Shown: positions 44,676-55,100 of the stretch, one piece after another
How positions within the stretch are numbered: position 1 is the stretch's first letter
Layout of the letters: the number at the start of each line of letters is the position of its first letter
NCBI GenBank assembly: GCA_021107855.1
Contig: JAIORZ010000006.1
Span: 32,480 to 96,479, forward strand
Length of the DNA stretch: 64,000 bases
Source: an archaeon
GTDB taxonomy: Archaea; Nanobdellota; Nanobdellia; Pacearchaeales; GW2011-AR1
Direction of reading: 5' to 3'
Notes under the pieces: generated by a model
Seen by the model: only the letters and a program-made list of their open reading frames with translations
Told to the model about the DNA's origin: nothing
Databases searched by the model: none
Program-made: the position numbers and the translations under genes

Positions 44676-46723
44676 GTTCCTGTTGATAGGTGTTTAACTT
44701 CTTCGAATACTTTTGATTTTTGATTTTGGTTTAATCTTAGGTAATCTGATTTTAGCACATTGTATAATTCTTCGGCTTTTTCTTCTTGTCCTATTTTTTT
44801 TAGATATTTTACTTCTTCAGCTTTTTCTATGAAGCTCATTACTGTGCTGTTTTTTTGTCGTTTTCTCATGAGGGTGAGGTATACGACTAGTGAACAGGCT
44901 AGGACTATCAGGGTGGTCATCCCCATGGAGCCGGTGCCTGGAATATTTGAGAGGAAATGTCCTGTGAAAAACGGTTTGTCTTCTGCTATTTTTAGTGGGG
45001 CTACGTTGATTTCGTTTATTGAGGCTGGGTCTAGTTTTGTGTCTATTATGTATGTTATTTCTTTTGTGTCCGCTCCAAATCGGATTAGTCCGGTGCCTCC
45101 TTCGGTGTAGTCTATGTTCTTTATTTTGAGGGATTCAATTGGGATTGATGCTGGTATTTTTAGTATGATTGTTTTATCCTCTGATTTTTCTAGTGTGGAA
45201 TCTATGTAGTGTTGTATTAGGGATTTTGATTGTCTTGTCCCGTCGAGGAATGTGATTTCGAAGATGTCGATTTGGCTTTGGATTTTTACGCTGTGTTCTT
45301 CTATTAGGGTCTGGGATTCTTTTACGCTTTTGTCGATTAGGGAGGGGGTTAGTTCTGAGAAGTATTCTATGAGTGCGATTCTTAGGGATTCTTCGGTTGG
45401 TTCGATTTCTTTTCTATTTGATGATGTTGATGTGATTGTGTCTGGGATTTTCTTTTTGATGATGTTGATTTTTATTCTTGAGGAAGCGAGTCTTGAGTTT
45501 AGGATTTCGGATGTTAGGTCTTGTAGTTTGTAGTTTTCTATTTCCTTTTTTAGTGCGGTGATTTCTGATTTGGTGCTTTCTAGACTGTCGAATAGGCCTA
45601 GGGTTTTTAGGTGAGCTGTTTCTGGTTCGTTGAAGTTGTTTAGTGTTGTTTGGGCTTGTAAGGCGTCTTTTTCTAAGAGAGCAAGTTCGGTTAATGCTGC
45701 GTCGACTGTTCCCATTAGATAAGGACTTAATCCGGTTGTGGATGTTTTATTGTCTGTTCTTGATGTCGCTGTGATTTCTCTTGATAGGTCTGCGATGTTT
45801 CCGGCTGAGTCTTCTGGGGCTATTTTGTAGTAATAGGTTTTCCCGCTTGTGACGTCTGTGTCTACGTAATCTTCTTCTGTCCCGTCGATTGATTTGTAGA
45901 AATCTGTGTATCCTACGTTTGGGTCTGTTGATTTGTAGATGTTGATTGTTTCTATATCTTCGTTTTCTGGGAATACCCATTCTAATCTTATTTGTTTGTA
46001 TTCTCCGATTGCTTCGAGTGATGATATTGAGGAAGGGGCTTTTGTGTCGACGATGAATGTGTTTCCTTCTCTTATGTTTGTTCCCGTTCTTCCCTCTATG
46101 TCTGTTGCTTCGAATTTGAATGAGCCGATTTTTTCTCCTGTTGATTCTGAAATCATTAGGTATCCTTTCCAGTTTGTCCCGGACCCGTAGAGAGTGATTG
46201 GGTTGTAGATTATTCCGTCGTATGAATATGTGAGTGTTGGTGTCGTGGATGGGATTTTTGATGTGATTAGGTTTATCTCGTGTTTCCCTGAGTTTAGAGC
46301 ATCTTCTTCTGTTTCTATACCTACTATGCTTATGTCCATGGCGGAAATTAAATTACTTGTTGTGAATATCGCTTCGAGTTCGTTTCTTCCTTCTAGTGGG
46401 TTGCTTAGGTCTGATACGTTTCGACATCTTACGAAATATCTATGGACATCGGTAGAGAGATCTGTTAGGGTTTTTTTGTGGATTGTTTCGAGGTTGTCGT
46501 CGAAGAACCCTGTCATGAAATCGAATGATGTTTCTGTGCTTGTTGAGTATCGGCATCGGACTCTTTGTGTGGTTTGTATTTGTAAAACTATTGATTCGGT
46601 GTAGATTATTCCTGGGTTTTCTTGAGTTGAGTTTTGGGTTGTGTCAAAATTGAAGTTGACTGTCGTTGCTGAAGCTAGTGTTGAAAATAGTAGTAGGGTA
46701 AATATTATCATTAGTTTCTTCAT
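44672..46723 (-). CDS. surface protein with FN3-like domain, coiled-coil stalk, C-terminal TM helix and cytoplasmic tail
   Basis: Signal peptide; LEAIGEYKQIRLEWVFPENEDIETINIYKS...GKTYYYKIAPEDSAGN (FN3-like); TM TTLIVLACSLVVYLTLM then RKRQ. Confidence 0.6.
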   Translation of the reverse strand: MKKLMIIFTLLLFSTLASATTVNFNFDTTQNSTQENPGIIYTESIVLQIQTTQRVRCRYSTSTETSFDFMTGFFDDNLETIHKKTLTDLSTDVHRYFVRCRNVSDLSNPLEGRNELEAIFTTSNLISAMDISIVGIETEEDALNSGKHEINLITSKIPSTTPTLTYSYDGIIYNPITLYGSGTNWKGYLMISESTGEKIGSFKFEATDIEGRTGTNIREGNTFIVDTKAPSSISSLEAIGEYKQIRLEWVFPENEDIETINIYKSTDPNVGYTDFYKSIDGTEEDYVDTDVTSGKTYYYKIAPEDSAGNIADLSREITATSRTDNKTSTTGLSPYLMGTVDAALTELALLEKDALQAQTTLNNFNEPETAHLKTLGLFDSLESTKSEITALKKEIENYKLQDLTSEILNSRLASSRIKINIIKKKIPDTITSTSSNRKEIEPTEESLRIALIEYFSELTPSLIDKSVKESQTLIEEHSVKIQSQIDIFEITFLDGTRQSKSLIQHYIDSTLEKSEDKTIILKIPASIPIESLKIKNIDYTEGGTGLIRFGADTKEITYIIDTKLDPASINEINVAPLKIAEDKPFFTGHFLSNIPGTGSMGMTTLIVLACSLVVYLTLMRKRQKNSTVMSFIEKAEEVKYLKKIGQEEKAEELYNVLKSDYLRLNQNQKSKVFEEVKHLSTGT

Positions 46724-47934
46724 TTGTGGTGTCTCCTCCTTTTTTTGAAATAGTTTTTTCTCTCGTTTCTGATTTTGAAAAGTAGTGCTAATATAATTGC
46801 GATTAGGATTGCGTAGGTTGCGGATTTTGCTAGTGATTTTAGGATGTTGGAATCTGGGTTGACGTTTAGGATTGCTGATTGTTCGTATGTCCTTTTGTTG
46901 TCGTAGAAGATTCTTCCTGATATTATGTATTTGCCGGCTTTTCTTGGGGTAAAGTAGAATTGGAAATTTGTGTTGTTGTCCATTGGGATGAAGAGTGGGT
47001 CTTCGGATTCTAAGAGTTGAATGATTTTATTATTGAACATTATTTTCCCAATGAATTTTGCTTCGAGTGGTTTTTCTCCGGTGTTTCTGAAGTTGACTGC
47101 GATTGGGACTATCTCGTCTATCTCTGCCCATGGTGAGACGATGATTCTTTCGAGTATTCCTGCTGCACGAAGTGCTCCCTCTTCAAGCACGTCGAAGGTT
47201 AGGGTTTGGGATGCGTAACAATCTATTGCTGACATGTCAACCCAGTATTGTCCGAGTTCTAAATCTGAGGACGGGATTCTTATTAGTATGTGGCTGGTTT
47301 GTGTTGGTTTGATTTGGGTTTGTGAGTATTCGGATTGTTTTACTAGGTTGATTGAATCTTGGTCCCAGATGTCGAATGTAATTGATGGATTGAGTCTTAT
47401 GTTCCCTTCATTTAGGATGTCGACTTCGAATATGATGTCGTCGTTTTCTTCGACGCTTGCGACTTTGAAACCTGTTGCTCTACATTTTTTTACTTCTTTG
47501 TCGGTGACTTGGACGTTTACGAAGATGTCGAGTGTTGGGATGATTAGTCCTGTGGCGTGACCTTCTTGAGCTTGAGCGAGCCTAGAGCTTTTTACTGTTA
47601 CGAATCCTGTGTAGTTTCCATTTGGTGTGTCGCTTGGCGGTGTAACTGATACTATTAGTTGAAATGCCTTACCTTTTGATACTGAAAAATTTTCCTTTGA
47701 AAATGTTAGCCATGATTCAATTTCACCTCGTGATGTGACGGTTACGTCTACTGGGTCTATCGTGTCGATTATTACCATTACCGGTCGTTCTGCGTATCCT
47801 CCTCTTAGCACGTCTTTGAAAGTTAGGGTGGCTGGGCTGACTCCGACGTTGGCTGCGGATGTTATTTGGATTAACAATATTAGCGTAGTTAAAACTAGTA
47901 TTGTTTCTCTCCCTCTCATTGTATTATTTCTCAT
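46720..47934 (-). CDS. secreted beta-sandwich (S-layer/DUF11-like) protein with C-terminal TM anchor
   Basis: Signal peptide ILVLTTLILLIQITSA; C-terminal YAILIAIILALLF then KIRNERK. Confidence 0.55.
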   Translation of the reverse strand: MRNNTMRGRETILVLTTLILLIQITSAANVGVSPATLTFKDVLRGGYAERPVMVIIDTIDPVDVTVTSRGEIESWLTFSKENFSVSKGKAFQLIVSVTPPSDTPNGNYTGFVTVKSSRLAQAQEGHATGLIIPTLDIFVNVQVTDKEVKKCRATGFKVASVEENDDIIFEVDILNEGNIRLNPSITFDIWDQDSINLVKQSEYSQTQIKPTQTSHILIRIPSSDLELGQYWVDMSAIDCYASQTLTFDVLEEGALRAAGILERIIVSPWAEIDEIVPIAVNFRNTGEKPLEAKFIGKIMFNNKIIQLLESEDPLFIPMDNNTNFQFYFTPRKAGKYIISGRIFYDNKRTYEQSAILNVNPDSNILKSLAKSATYAILIAIILALLFKIRNERKNYFKKRRRHHK

Positions 47935-47944
47935 TTTATATTTA

Positions 47945-49114
47945 TTAAGTTACTGATGCACCGAGGACGATGTGTCCCTGGCATGAAAACGCGACTTCTT
48001 GTGGCACGTAAACTCTCCAGTAAGTGTTGTTTTTTGCTTCGTTAACTATGTCGTTTTGTCTTGAATTCATGTTAAATTTTTCTGTTATTGGTGATGAAGT
48101 TAAATTTGTATATAGTGCTTCTGCTTGGGCGAGTGTTATCGACCCTGGGTTTGATTCGGTCATGTTGTATTTTGTGTGTTCTACCGATATGTTATTGTTG
48201 GTGCATATCATGGAGTCCTCATCTCCTTGTGTTTCCCCGTAACCACTTAGACTTATGTTTATTTTTACATTGCCGTAGTTTGTTATTTCAATTATTTTTT
48301 CTGATGTTAGTTCAGACGCGTTGACCTCTCCAAAATCTAGGGTTGAATTTGTTCCGATTGCTAAGAGGGTGTTGACGAATGTTTGATTCGCTCCCGTCGT
48401 TGAGTATGACTTGTTGTCGGTTACGTTGATTTGGCATTGCCAATTATCTGAATTTGCGTAGTATTGGATTTGAAGTGAGCAGTTGATTTGGGCTTCCATG
48501 ATGGTTCCGTATGAGGTGTTTATTTCGCATGATGAATTCGTGTAGTGGTCGTTGTTGTCGTCGGGGTCGGTTGGATTTGATGTTGAGGCGTAGAATGTTG
48601 CGGTTGCGTTTGTTAGTGATGTTGACGGCTCGTAGCCCGTGGTGATGGCGGTGCAAAAAATTTGTGTTGTGGCGTTTGGCGTTAGGTCGATTTCATCTTC
48701 TGGGCTTGGGTAAATGTCGTCTACTTCTATGTCTGAAATTATTAGTGGTGAGTTCATCGATATATTTGGCGCCATGTCATAGCCTGCTCCTGTGACTGTA
48801 ACTTGGACTTCTGCTGTTGCTTCGTGACCGGTTCCATCATCTACTAGTGTTATATTTAATATGTTTCCCACTATACACGGAGTTGGTAGCATTTCACAAT
48901 CTATCATGTAGATGTTTGATACTCCTGATGGGCCTGATGGGCCGACTATTGTAAAGATTTCTTCTAAATTTGTTGAGTTATATAATTTAATGGTTCTTCC
49001 GTTTGGCGAGGTGCTGTCTAGTGCATCTTCTACATATCCGACTATCCAGTGGGCAGCACTCGTTAGTGGGAATGTGAGCAATAGTATCAGGAGAAAAAGT
49101 GTTTTATTTTCCAT
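47945..49114 (-). CDS. secreted/surface protein, family A paralog 3
   Basis: C-terminus YWRVYVPQEVAFSCQGHIVLGASVT, and internal NITNYGNVKINISLSGYG shared with the other two paralogs. Confidence 0.6.
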   Translation of the reverse strand: MENKTLFLLILLLTFPLTSAAHWIVGYVEDALDSTSPNGRTIKLYNSTNLEEIFTIVGPSGPSGVSNIYMIDCEMLPTPCIVGNILNITLVDDGTGHEATAEVQVTVTGAGYDMAPNISMNSPLIISDIEVDDIYPSPEDEIDLTPNATTQIFCTAITTGYEPSTSLTNATATFYASTSNPTDPDDNNDHYTNSSCEINTSYGTIMEAQINCSLQIQYYANSDNWQCQINVTDNKSYSTTGANQTFVNTLLAIGTNSTLDFGEVNASELTSEKIIEITNYGNVKINISLSGYGETQGDEDSMICTNNNISVEHTKYNMTESNPGSITLAQAEALYTNLTSSPITEKFNMNSRQNDIVNEAKNNTYWRVYVPQEVAFSCQGHIVLGASVT

Positions 49115-49268
49115 CTTTTATATCGAGGGTTAATTTATTTGTTTGAAGATTGAATTTGATTACGACCTCTTGTCCTTCGTCTAGTTCGAGGGTGTCTACT
49201 ATGGCTTTTGGGATTTTAACCCTATATCCTTTTTGGATTTTTCCGTCTTTGAAAATCATCTCTTTCAT
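49104..49268 (-). CDS. SpoVT/AbrB-like small DNA-binding protein (54 aa, below the ORF-track cut-off); overlaps the start of the family A gene
   Basis: MKEMIFKDGKIQKGYRVKIPKAIVDTLELDEGQEVVIKFNLQTNKLTLDIKDGK matches the AbrB/MazE swapped-hairpin pattern. Confidence 0.5.
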   Translation of the reverse strand: MKEMIFKDGKIQKGYRVKIPKAIVDTLELDEGQEVVIKFNLQTNKLTLDIKDGK

Positions 49269-49354
49269 AGGTTCTTTTGAAATCCTTTTTTGATTCTTAT
49301 TAGAGACTTTTTAAAGTATTTAAGGTTTATGTTTTTTTGCTTAATATATTTATC

Positions 49355-50158
49355 TTAAATTAATGAAGAAACATAGATTTCTAGGACTGCGGAAATTATT
49401 AGAAGGAATATTGATATTGCCAAAAGAGATATTATGTCGATTACGATTCGTCTGATTTTGTTTTTGTTTGTTAGGTCGCCTTTGATGAATGCGAAATAGA
49501 GGATTCCGCCGGCGATGCTTGCGAGGATGTAGGCTAGGATTTCGGGGATTCCGTGGATGAAGTATTTTGCGAATGCGACTGGGAGTGCGATTAGTCCGAA
49601 GGTTTCTCTTGATATTGTGCCGATTACGAATCCCATTACGCTGGCGTTCCAGGCTAAGATGTAGATTACTCCGGCGCCGAAGAAGAGTGCGAAGACGAGG
49701 GAGATTAGGACGATGTTTAGATTGTTTGTGAAGATTTGGACTATTGAGGAGGTGGGTGATATGGCGTTTCCTGTGATGAGTTTTATTTGTTGGATGGATG
49801 CACTTTGTAGTTCGAAGACCGTGGCGGAGGTTTCGGCTGGGAGGAGGAATGTCCATAAGACTGAGGATATTGTGAAGCCGATAAATAGGGAGAGAATTAA
49901 TATTGCTATCGGTTTGTGTTGTTTTAATAGCCATTTTTCTGAATTCCAGTTGTTTTCTTTTTTCTCTTCCATTTTGATTGCGCCTTGGACTACGTAGAGA
50001 CAGGAGAGCGTGGTTAGGAAGATGATTGCTAGGGATGCGTGGTCTTTGAAAATCCAGAGTCCGAGGAAGACTGAGAGGGATGAGTAGAATATGCCGATGA
50101 GGATGATTTCGAATGGGTGGCGTTCGGCCTTTTGTGGGTTGAAGAGGAGGTCTAGCAT
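49355..50158 (-). CDS. SpoIIM-like (DUF95) polytopic membrane protein
   Basis: Six TM helices; NNLNIVLISLVFALFFGAGVIYILAWNASVMGFVIG fits the DUF95/SpoIIM core. Confidence 0.6.
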   Translation of the reverse strand: MLDLLFNPQKAERHPFEIILIGIFYSSLSVFLGLWIFKDHASLAIIFLTTLSCLYVVQGAIKMEEKKENNWNSEKWLLKQHKPIAILILSLFIGFTISSVLWTFLLPAETSATVFELQSASIQQIKLITGNAISPTSSIVQIFTNNLNIVLISLVFALFFGAGVIYILAWNASVMGFVIGTISRETFGLIALPVAFAKYFIHGIPEILAYILASIAGGILYFAFIKGDLTNKNKIRRIVIDIISLLAISIFLLIISAVLEIYVSSLI

Positions 50159-50197
50159 CTAATGATATTGAGAATATTATTTATAATTGTTTGGAGT

Positions 50198-52108
50198 TTA
50201 TGTGTGAAAAATATAGGACCAAAATTTGTCAAACCAATTCATGAATTTGTCTTTTAAGCTTAACTTGCTTTTTTCTGCGAAGATGAAAAATTCGGATAAG
50301 GGCTCATCTGACTCGAATTCATATTTTACTATTTCGTTTTCTGAGGATATCGCTCTACCTGTTATTGGTGAGAATTTTCCTTTTTTTCTTGTGAAGAATT
50401 TTATATTCTTGTAATCATTTTTTTCTAAGAAAGTTTTGTTTACTTCGTATTCAAATTTTATTTTTCCTCTTTCACTTGAATTCATGTTTGTTTCTATTGT
50501 GTACGATTTTATGTATTTGAAACTTCTATTAAAATTCCCTTCGTAGATAAATTTGAATAAATTAAATGATGCTTTTTCTTTTAGAATTTTTGAATAAAAT
50601 GCTACCCTCACATCTTCGTCTTTTATTATTAGTGGGAAGTTCTTTGTTGCTTTTGAAAAGTTTTTTGGGATATATTTGAATGGGAGGGACTTGGAAGAAG
50701 CTCCGCCTGAATTTCCTGAGTTACTTCTCTGAAAAAATGGGGGCACATAATTGTAAACTGTGGTGGTGGTTTCTTCTAAAATATTATTTTCTAATTCGCT
50801 TATGAATGAAAAATCTCCTGATATCGAAGGTGATATGGTATATTCAAAATTAAAATTTGATCCTGATAAGTCCCAAATGATTACATTGTAATTTGAAGTT
50901 GAAGACTCGACTCTTCCATCATTAGAAATTGAGGTGATTTCAAATTCTATTGGAACATATTCTTTGAACTCTAAATTTGAAACTTCTGAGGATAGCTTTC
51001 CTTTTAAAGAAATTTTTGTGTTTTTTCCGTTTTTTAATTTGAAATTCAAATTTTTTTCAAAATCAAATTTTTCTATCATTTGAAAAGAAACTTCATTTGA
51101 AAAATTACAATCAAAATAAAAATTTTCGTCTTTCAAATTTAAAGGTTCGTTGAAATTTATTATTTGGTTTTCAAAAGATTTTTTTAGAAGGATTTTGTTT
51201 TCTGGTATGAAGGAATATATTCCAAAATCGCATGTTCTTAGTTTTGGTTTTGGTCTTATTTTATAACTGAAATTGAATGATTCTGTGTTTATGTTTTTCC
51301 ATTCTATGCTTGAATATCCATCTTCTAAAAATATGAATCCTGAATCTGAAACTTCGAAAACTTCGAATTCGCTTGGGATAAAATCAGTTACTGAAAAACT
51401 TCCGTCTGATTTTGTGCCTGAAAATATGACTAAGAATTCGTCGGGAGATGATGAGAATAAACTTTTTTCGTAATTAACATATTTCTCAGTTGTTGATGGA
51501 AAAATCATGTCTCTTGATGCTCCTTTTAGTCTTTCTCCTGTCTGGCAGTCTGTTACAAAAATTAATTCGTTGTTCCCATAATCTCCTTGTAGCTCTTTCT
51601 TATAGTCACAACCAGATTCGCATAATTGTTCATAAGAATTGCTTTCTTTAAAATAAAAGTTACAATCATCGAAAACATTTACTTCCAATGTGAAATTTTT
51701 ATCTTTGGAAATTATTAATTTTTTATTTGGTTGTTTAAGTTGTACTACTTCACGAAATTCCATTTTGGAAAATATATTATAATCTTCTTGGTTTAATATC
51801 ATACTTACTGGCCCGGCGGCGAATCCGTTTTCAAAATCTAGAATTTCTGCTTGAAGAATTGAGCCTGTTGAGAAAATTGTATTTCCTCCGATTCTTGAAT
51901 TTAGAAAAGAATATCTGTGTCTATCTGGACTTACTAAAACTTCTACATAATCATTTACATTATCTACATTATAAACGAAAACGTTTTGCCAATTTGGGTT
52001 GATATTTCCTTCGAAGAAAACTTCGCCGCCTATGATTTGTGCTGATACTGGTAGCAATAGTGATGTGGTTAGAACTATCAATATTAGTTTTTTTATTGTT
52101 GTGTCCAT
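50198..52108 (-). CDS. secreted 636-aa protein, unknown function; start overlaps the giant gene stop by 16 nt
   Basis: Signal peptide LILIVLTTSLLLPVSAQ; F/N/K/S-rich beta protein; no TM anchor. Confidence 0.55.
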   Translation of the reverse strand: MDTTIKKLILIVLTTSLLLPVSAQIIGGEVFFEGNINPNWQNVFVYNVDNVNDYVEVLVSPDRHRYSFLNSRIGGNTIFSTGSILQAEILDFENGFAAGPVSMILNQEDYNIFSKMEFREVVQLKQPNKKLIISKDKNFTLEVNVFDDCNFYFKESNSYEQLCESGCDYKKELQGDYGNNELIFVTDCQTGERLKGASRDMIFPSTTEKYVNYEKSLFSSSPDEFLVIFSGTKSDGSFSVTDFIPSEFEVFEVSDSGFIFLEDGYSSIEWKNINTESFNFSYKIRPKPKLRTCDFGIYSFIPENKILLKKSFENQIINFNEPLNLKDENFYFDCNFSNEVSFQMIEKFDFEKNLNFKLKNGKNTKISLKGKLSSEVSNLEFKEYVPIEFEITSISNDGRVESSTSNYNVIIWDLSGSNFNFEYTISPSISGDFSFISELENNILEETTTTVYNYVPPFFQRSNSGNSGGASSKSLPFKYIPKNFSKATKNFPLIIKDEDVRVAFYSKILKEKASFNLFKFIYEGNFNRSFKYIKSYTIETNMNSSERGKIKFEYEVNKTFLEKNDYKNIKFFTRKKGKFSPITGRAISSENEIVKYEFESDEPLSEFFIFAEKSKLSLKDKFMNWFDKFWSYIFHT

Positions 52109-55100
52109 GCTGAATCTTGAGTTACACTGATTTCGTAGCCTTCCTCCATAGTTATATTAAAATTTGTTCCTAAAGGTATACAGCCAAACCAGAAGCAAAC
52201 CTCACCTAAATAACCCTGGCTAATCTGGAATTCTGGGTCCCATCTAGTGACAGCATCTTCACCTAAGAGACTTGCTGTTAATTCTTGAGCATTTGTCATG
52301 GTGGTTCCTGCTGTCATACTTATCCAATTTTTATTCATTCTCGTTCCAGTTTCGTCATAGACTAATGGTATTTGTATTGGGTCGTAGACTACCCCTACTC
52401 CGGACCAATTGACTTGAGAAGATTCACTTACGTTTAAACTTATTTCATATCCAGCTCCCGCGACCAATTCAAAATTACATGCCGTGTCTGTGCATGAGAT
52501 AGTTTCTGGGCAGCTAAAGGTATTACAAGTTACTTGCTTTTGGCTGCTTTTGTTTAATTGTGAAACCGCTACTGCTCCTATTATTTCATTTAATGTATCA
52601 TTTGCATTTTTCAAATAGGTAAAATTTGTGGGAAATGCTATCCAGTTTCTATTTTTAATAGAATGGACTGCGCTTGTGTTATGCTTAAGTCCATAGACAT
52701 GAGCTCCGAAGGTGTAGTCGCTTATGTTTGTTCCAGATGGGTTCCATGCTTCAACTTTGTAGAATCTTCTTTTGTTTCCTGAGAATGTATCGTCTGTATA
52801 ATTTAGCTCTGTGGTTTCGTTCATTAGGGTGAAATCTGTGACGTTTGGGCTTGAATATACTTTGTATTTTACTACTTCTAAAGATTCGTTCCATTCTAGG
52901 ATAATTGAGCCTGTTCCGTTATTTGCACTTTGTGTTATGTTCATAAATTCTGGCATACTTGGAGGAAGGAATGAACTGAAAGTATAATTTGTCGATGAGT
53001 CATTGTTCCCGTAAATATCAAAGCAAATCACAGACCAATTATAATAGTTACTTGTTCCGACGTCTACCATTGAGAAGTTGTTTTCAACTTCTGCGTTTAC
53101 TGAATAGATTGTTTGGTTTAAATGCCAGCCGCCATTCCAGGTCCCGTAAAGAGAACAGTTGGTCATATTGCTTTCGTCGTCAATTGTAAAATTGAATGGT
53201 CCTACTGTGTGACTTGTATAATTATAATTGTCTATTGGGGAAGTTAGGTTGATTGTTGGGCTGTTTAAATCTTTTATTTCAACTGCAAACCAGGAGGTTG
53301 TTCCTGCAGAGCTTCCGACTCCTTTTTGTAACGAAAGAGATGTTGTGTTTTTTATTGCTTGTGTCACGAATGCGTTTGCATAGGTGGTTGTGGCTCCGTC
53401 GTTGTCATTTGAATGTATATTAAATGACCTCTCGGTATTTATTAGATTGTGTTGTAAATTTATTATCTGTTCTGAACTAGAAATTAAATGGTTATAATCT
53501 TCTCTTTGGGAATTGAATAAATCTGAGGTTATAACGAAGTAATTTATTGATGCGTTTCCTGATGTTCCTCTACGATTAAATATTAAATTTGATGAATCTG
53601 AAAAATTTCCTTTGATGAATGAATCTTCTACGCTGTCATCGCCGATTAAATTATCTGAAAATATTATGAATGATTCATTTAAGTTTACCGCCGAAATTGA
53701 AACTGCTCCGCTGTCTGAATTCCCGTCTGTTATAATTGTGTTTCCCGATTGAACGTCTGTATTGTCCCAACTTACAACTTGCCAAGATAGTACCCCCGAA
53801 GAAGTCCCATTATCTCGCCTGAATACTACATTTGAATCGTCGATGAATTCGCCCGTAAAGAAACCTTCTACGTTGTCTGCTGAGTTCCCGGAGGAAAGTT
53901 TACTGTACACAACTACGAAACTGTTGCTCAAATTAACTTGGCCTATATTTAATGAAAGATTTGCCTCGTAAGAAAAGCTTATCTCTCCTCGCTGTACTTC
54001 GATATCTGGACCACTTATTAAGTTCCAATCTACAATTGCACCTGCGCCTGTATTATAATTTGAGAATGTTACTTCGTTGCTTTTTGAAAATTTGCTTATT
54101 ATTTGTAAAGTGTCGGGGCCATTATCGGAAGCTCTAGAGGTATGTAAAATGAAAGATTTGCTCATGTCCGTTATTTCAATTGTTTCTGTTGCGTTCCCGT
54201 CCACGAATGTTGAGCCGCTTAAAACTTTGTAAGTTGGGGTTTCTATTAAGCTTGAATTTACAAAAAATGTTACGTTGCTTGAGTTCATGTACCCCATGGT
54301 GTCGTTGACATAAAGATTTATTGTGTGCCCCGTTTCGTCTACGAAGTTCATAGAGATGGATTGGCAATTTGGCAAAGTCGTGTTTGCTGCCCCATCGAGA
54401 CTATACCAGCAAGTGTCTAAGTGGACATCATAGACATCGTACTCTAGTCTGATTCCGTTATTATATGGGTAGGTTATGTTTTCTGGTGATGTTAAAACTA
54501 GAGTTGGGCTTGTTATATCAATTAGCGTTATGTTTCTTGTGGAAGTTACTCCGAAGTTGTTTGCGTAATCCCACACAATTATGTCGTAGTAGTATGTGTT
54601 GTTTTCTCCGGAAGCCGTGAAATTAATATCGTTTACTACTGAATAAAAAGTCGTCTCGTTAATTATTTGGCTATCGTTGTCATATAATCTATAGCTCATA
54701 TTTTTGAAATTAGCTTCTACAACATTTGAATCCACATAAATCCAGTCTCTTTCGAACTGGGAGCCAGAAGGTGCTGTTGAACCAGCGAAATCAACTAGTG
54801 GGGCAGTTTTATCTAGTGTTATTTTTCTTGTTGGTAGACTATTGGTTAATCCTGCTTTGTCGAAAATTGTTACGTTGTAAAAGTATTCGTCGTCGAATAA
54901 TCCTGTCCAGTTGATATTTTTTATGGAAGTGTTATAGGTTGTTGAATTGATTAGTCCTCCCCCATCATATAGGTTAAAAGTTATGTTGGCGAAATTTATT
55001 TCTGTTATAGTTGTGTTTACGAATACAAAATTTTGGCTGACATTTGCCGTGTCAATTTCTGTTCCTGTTGAATAAGATATTGTTGGCGCTATATTATCTA

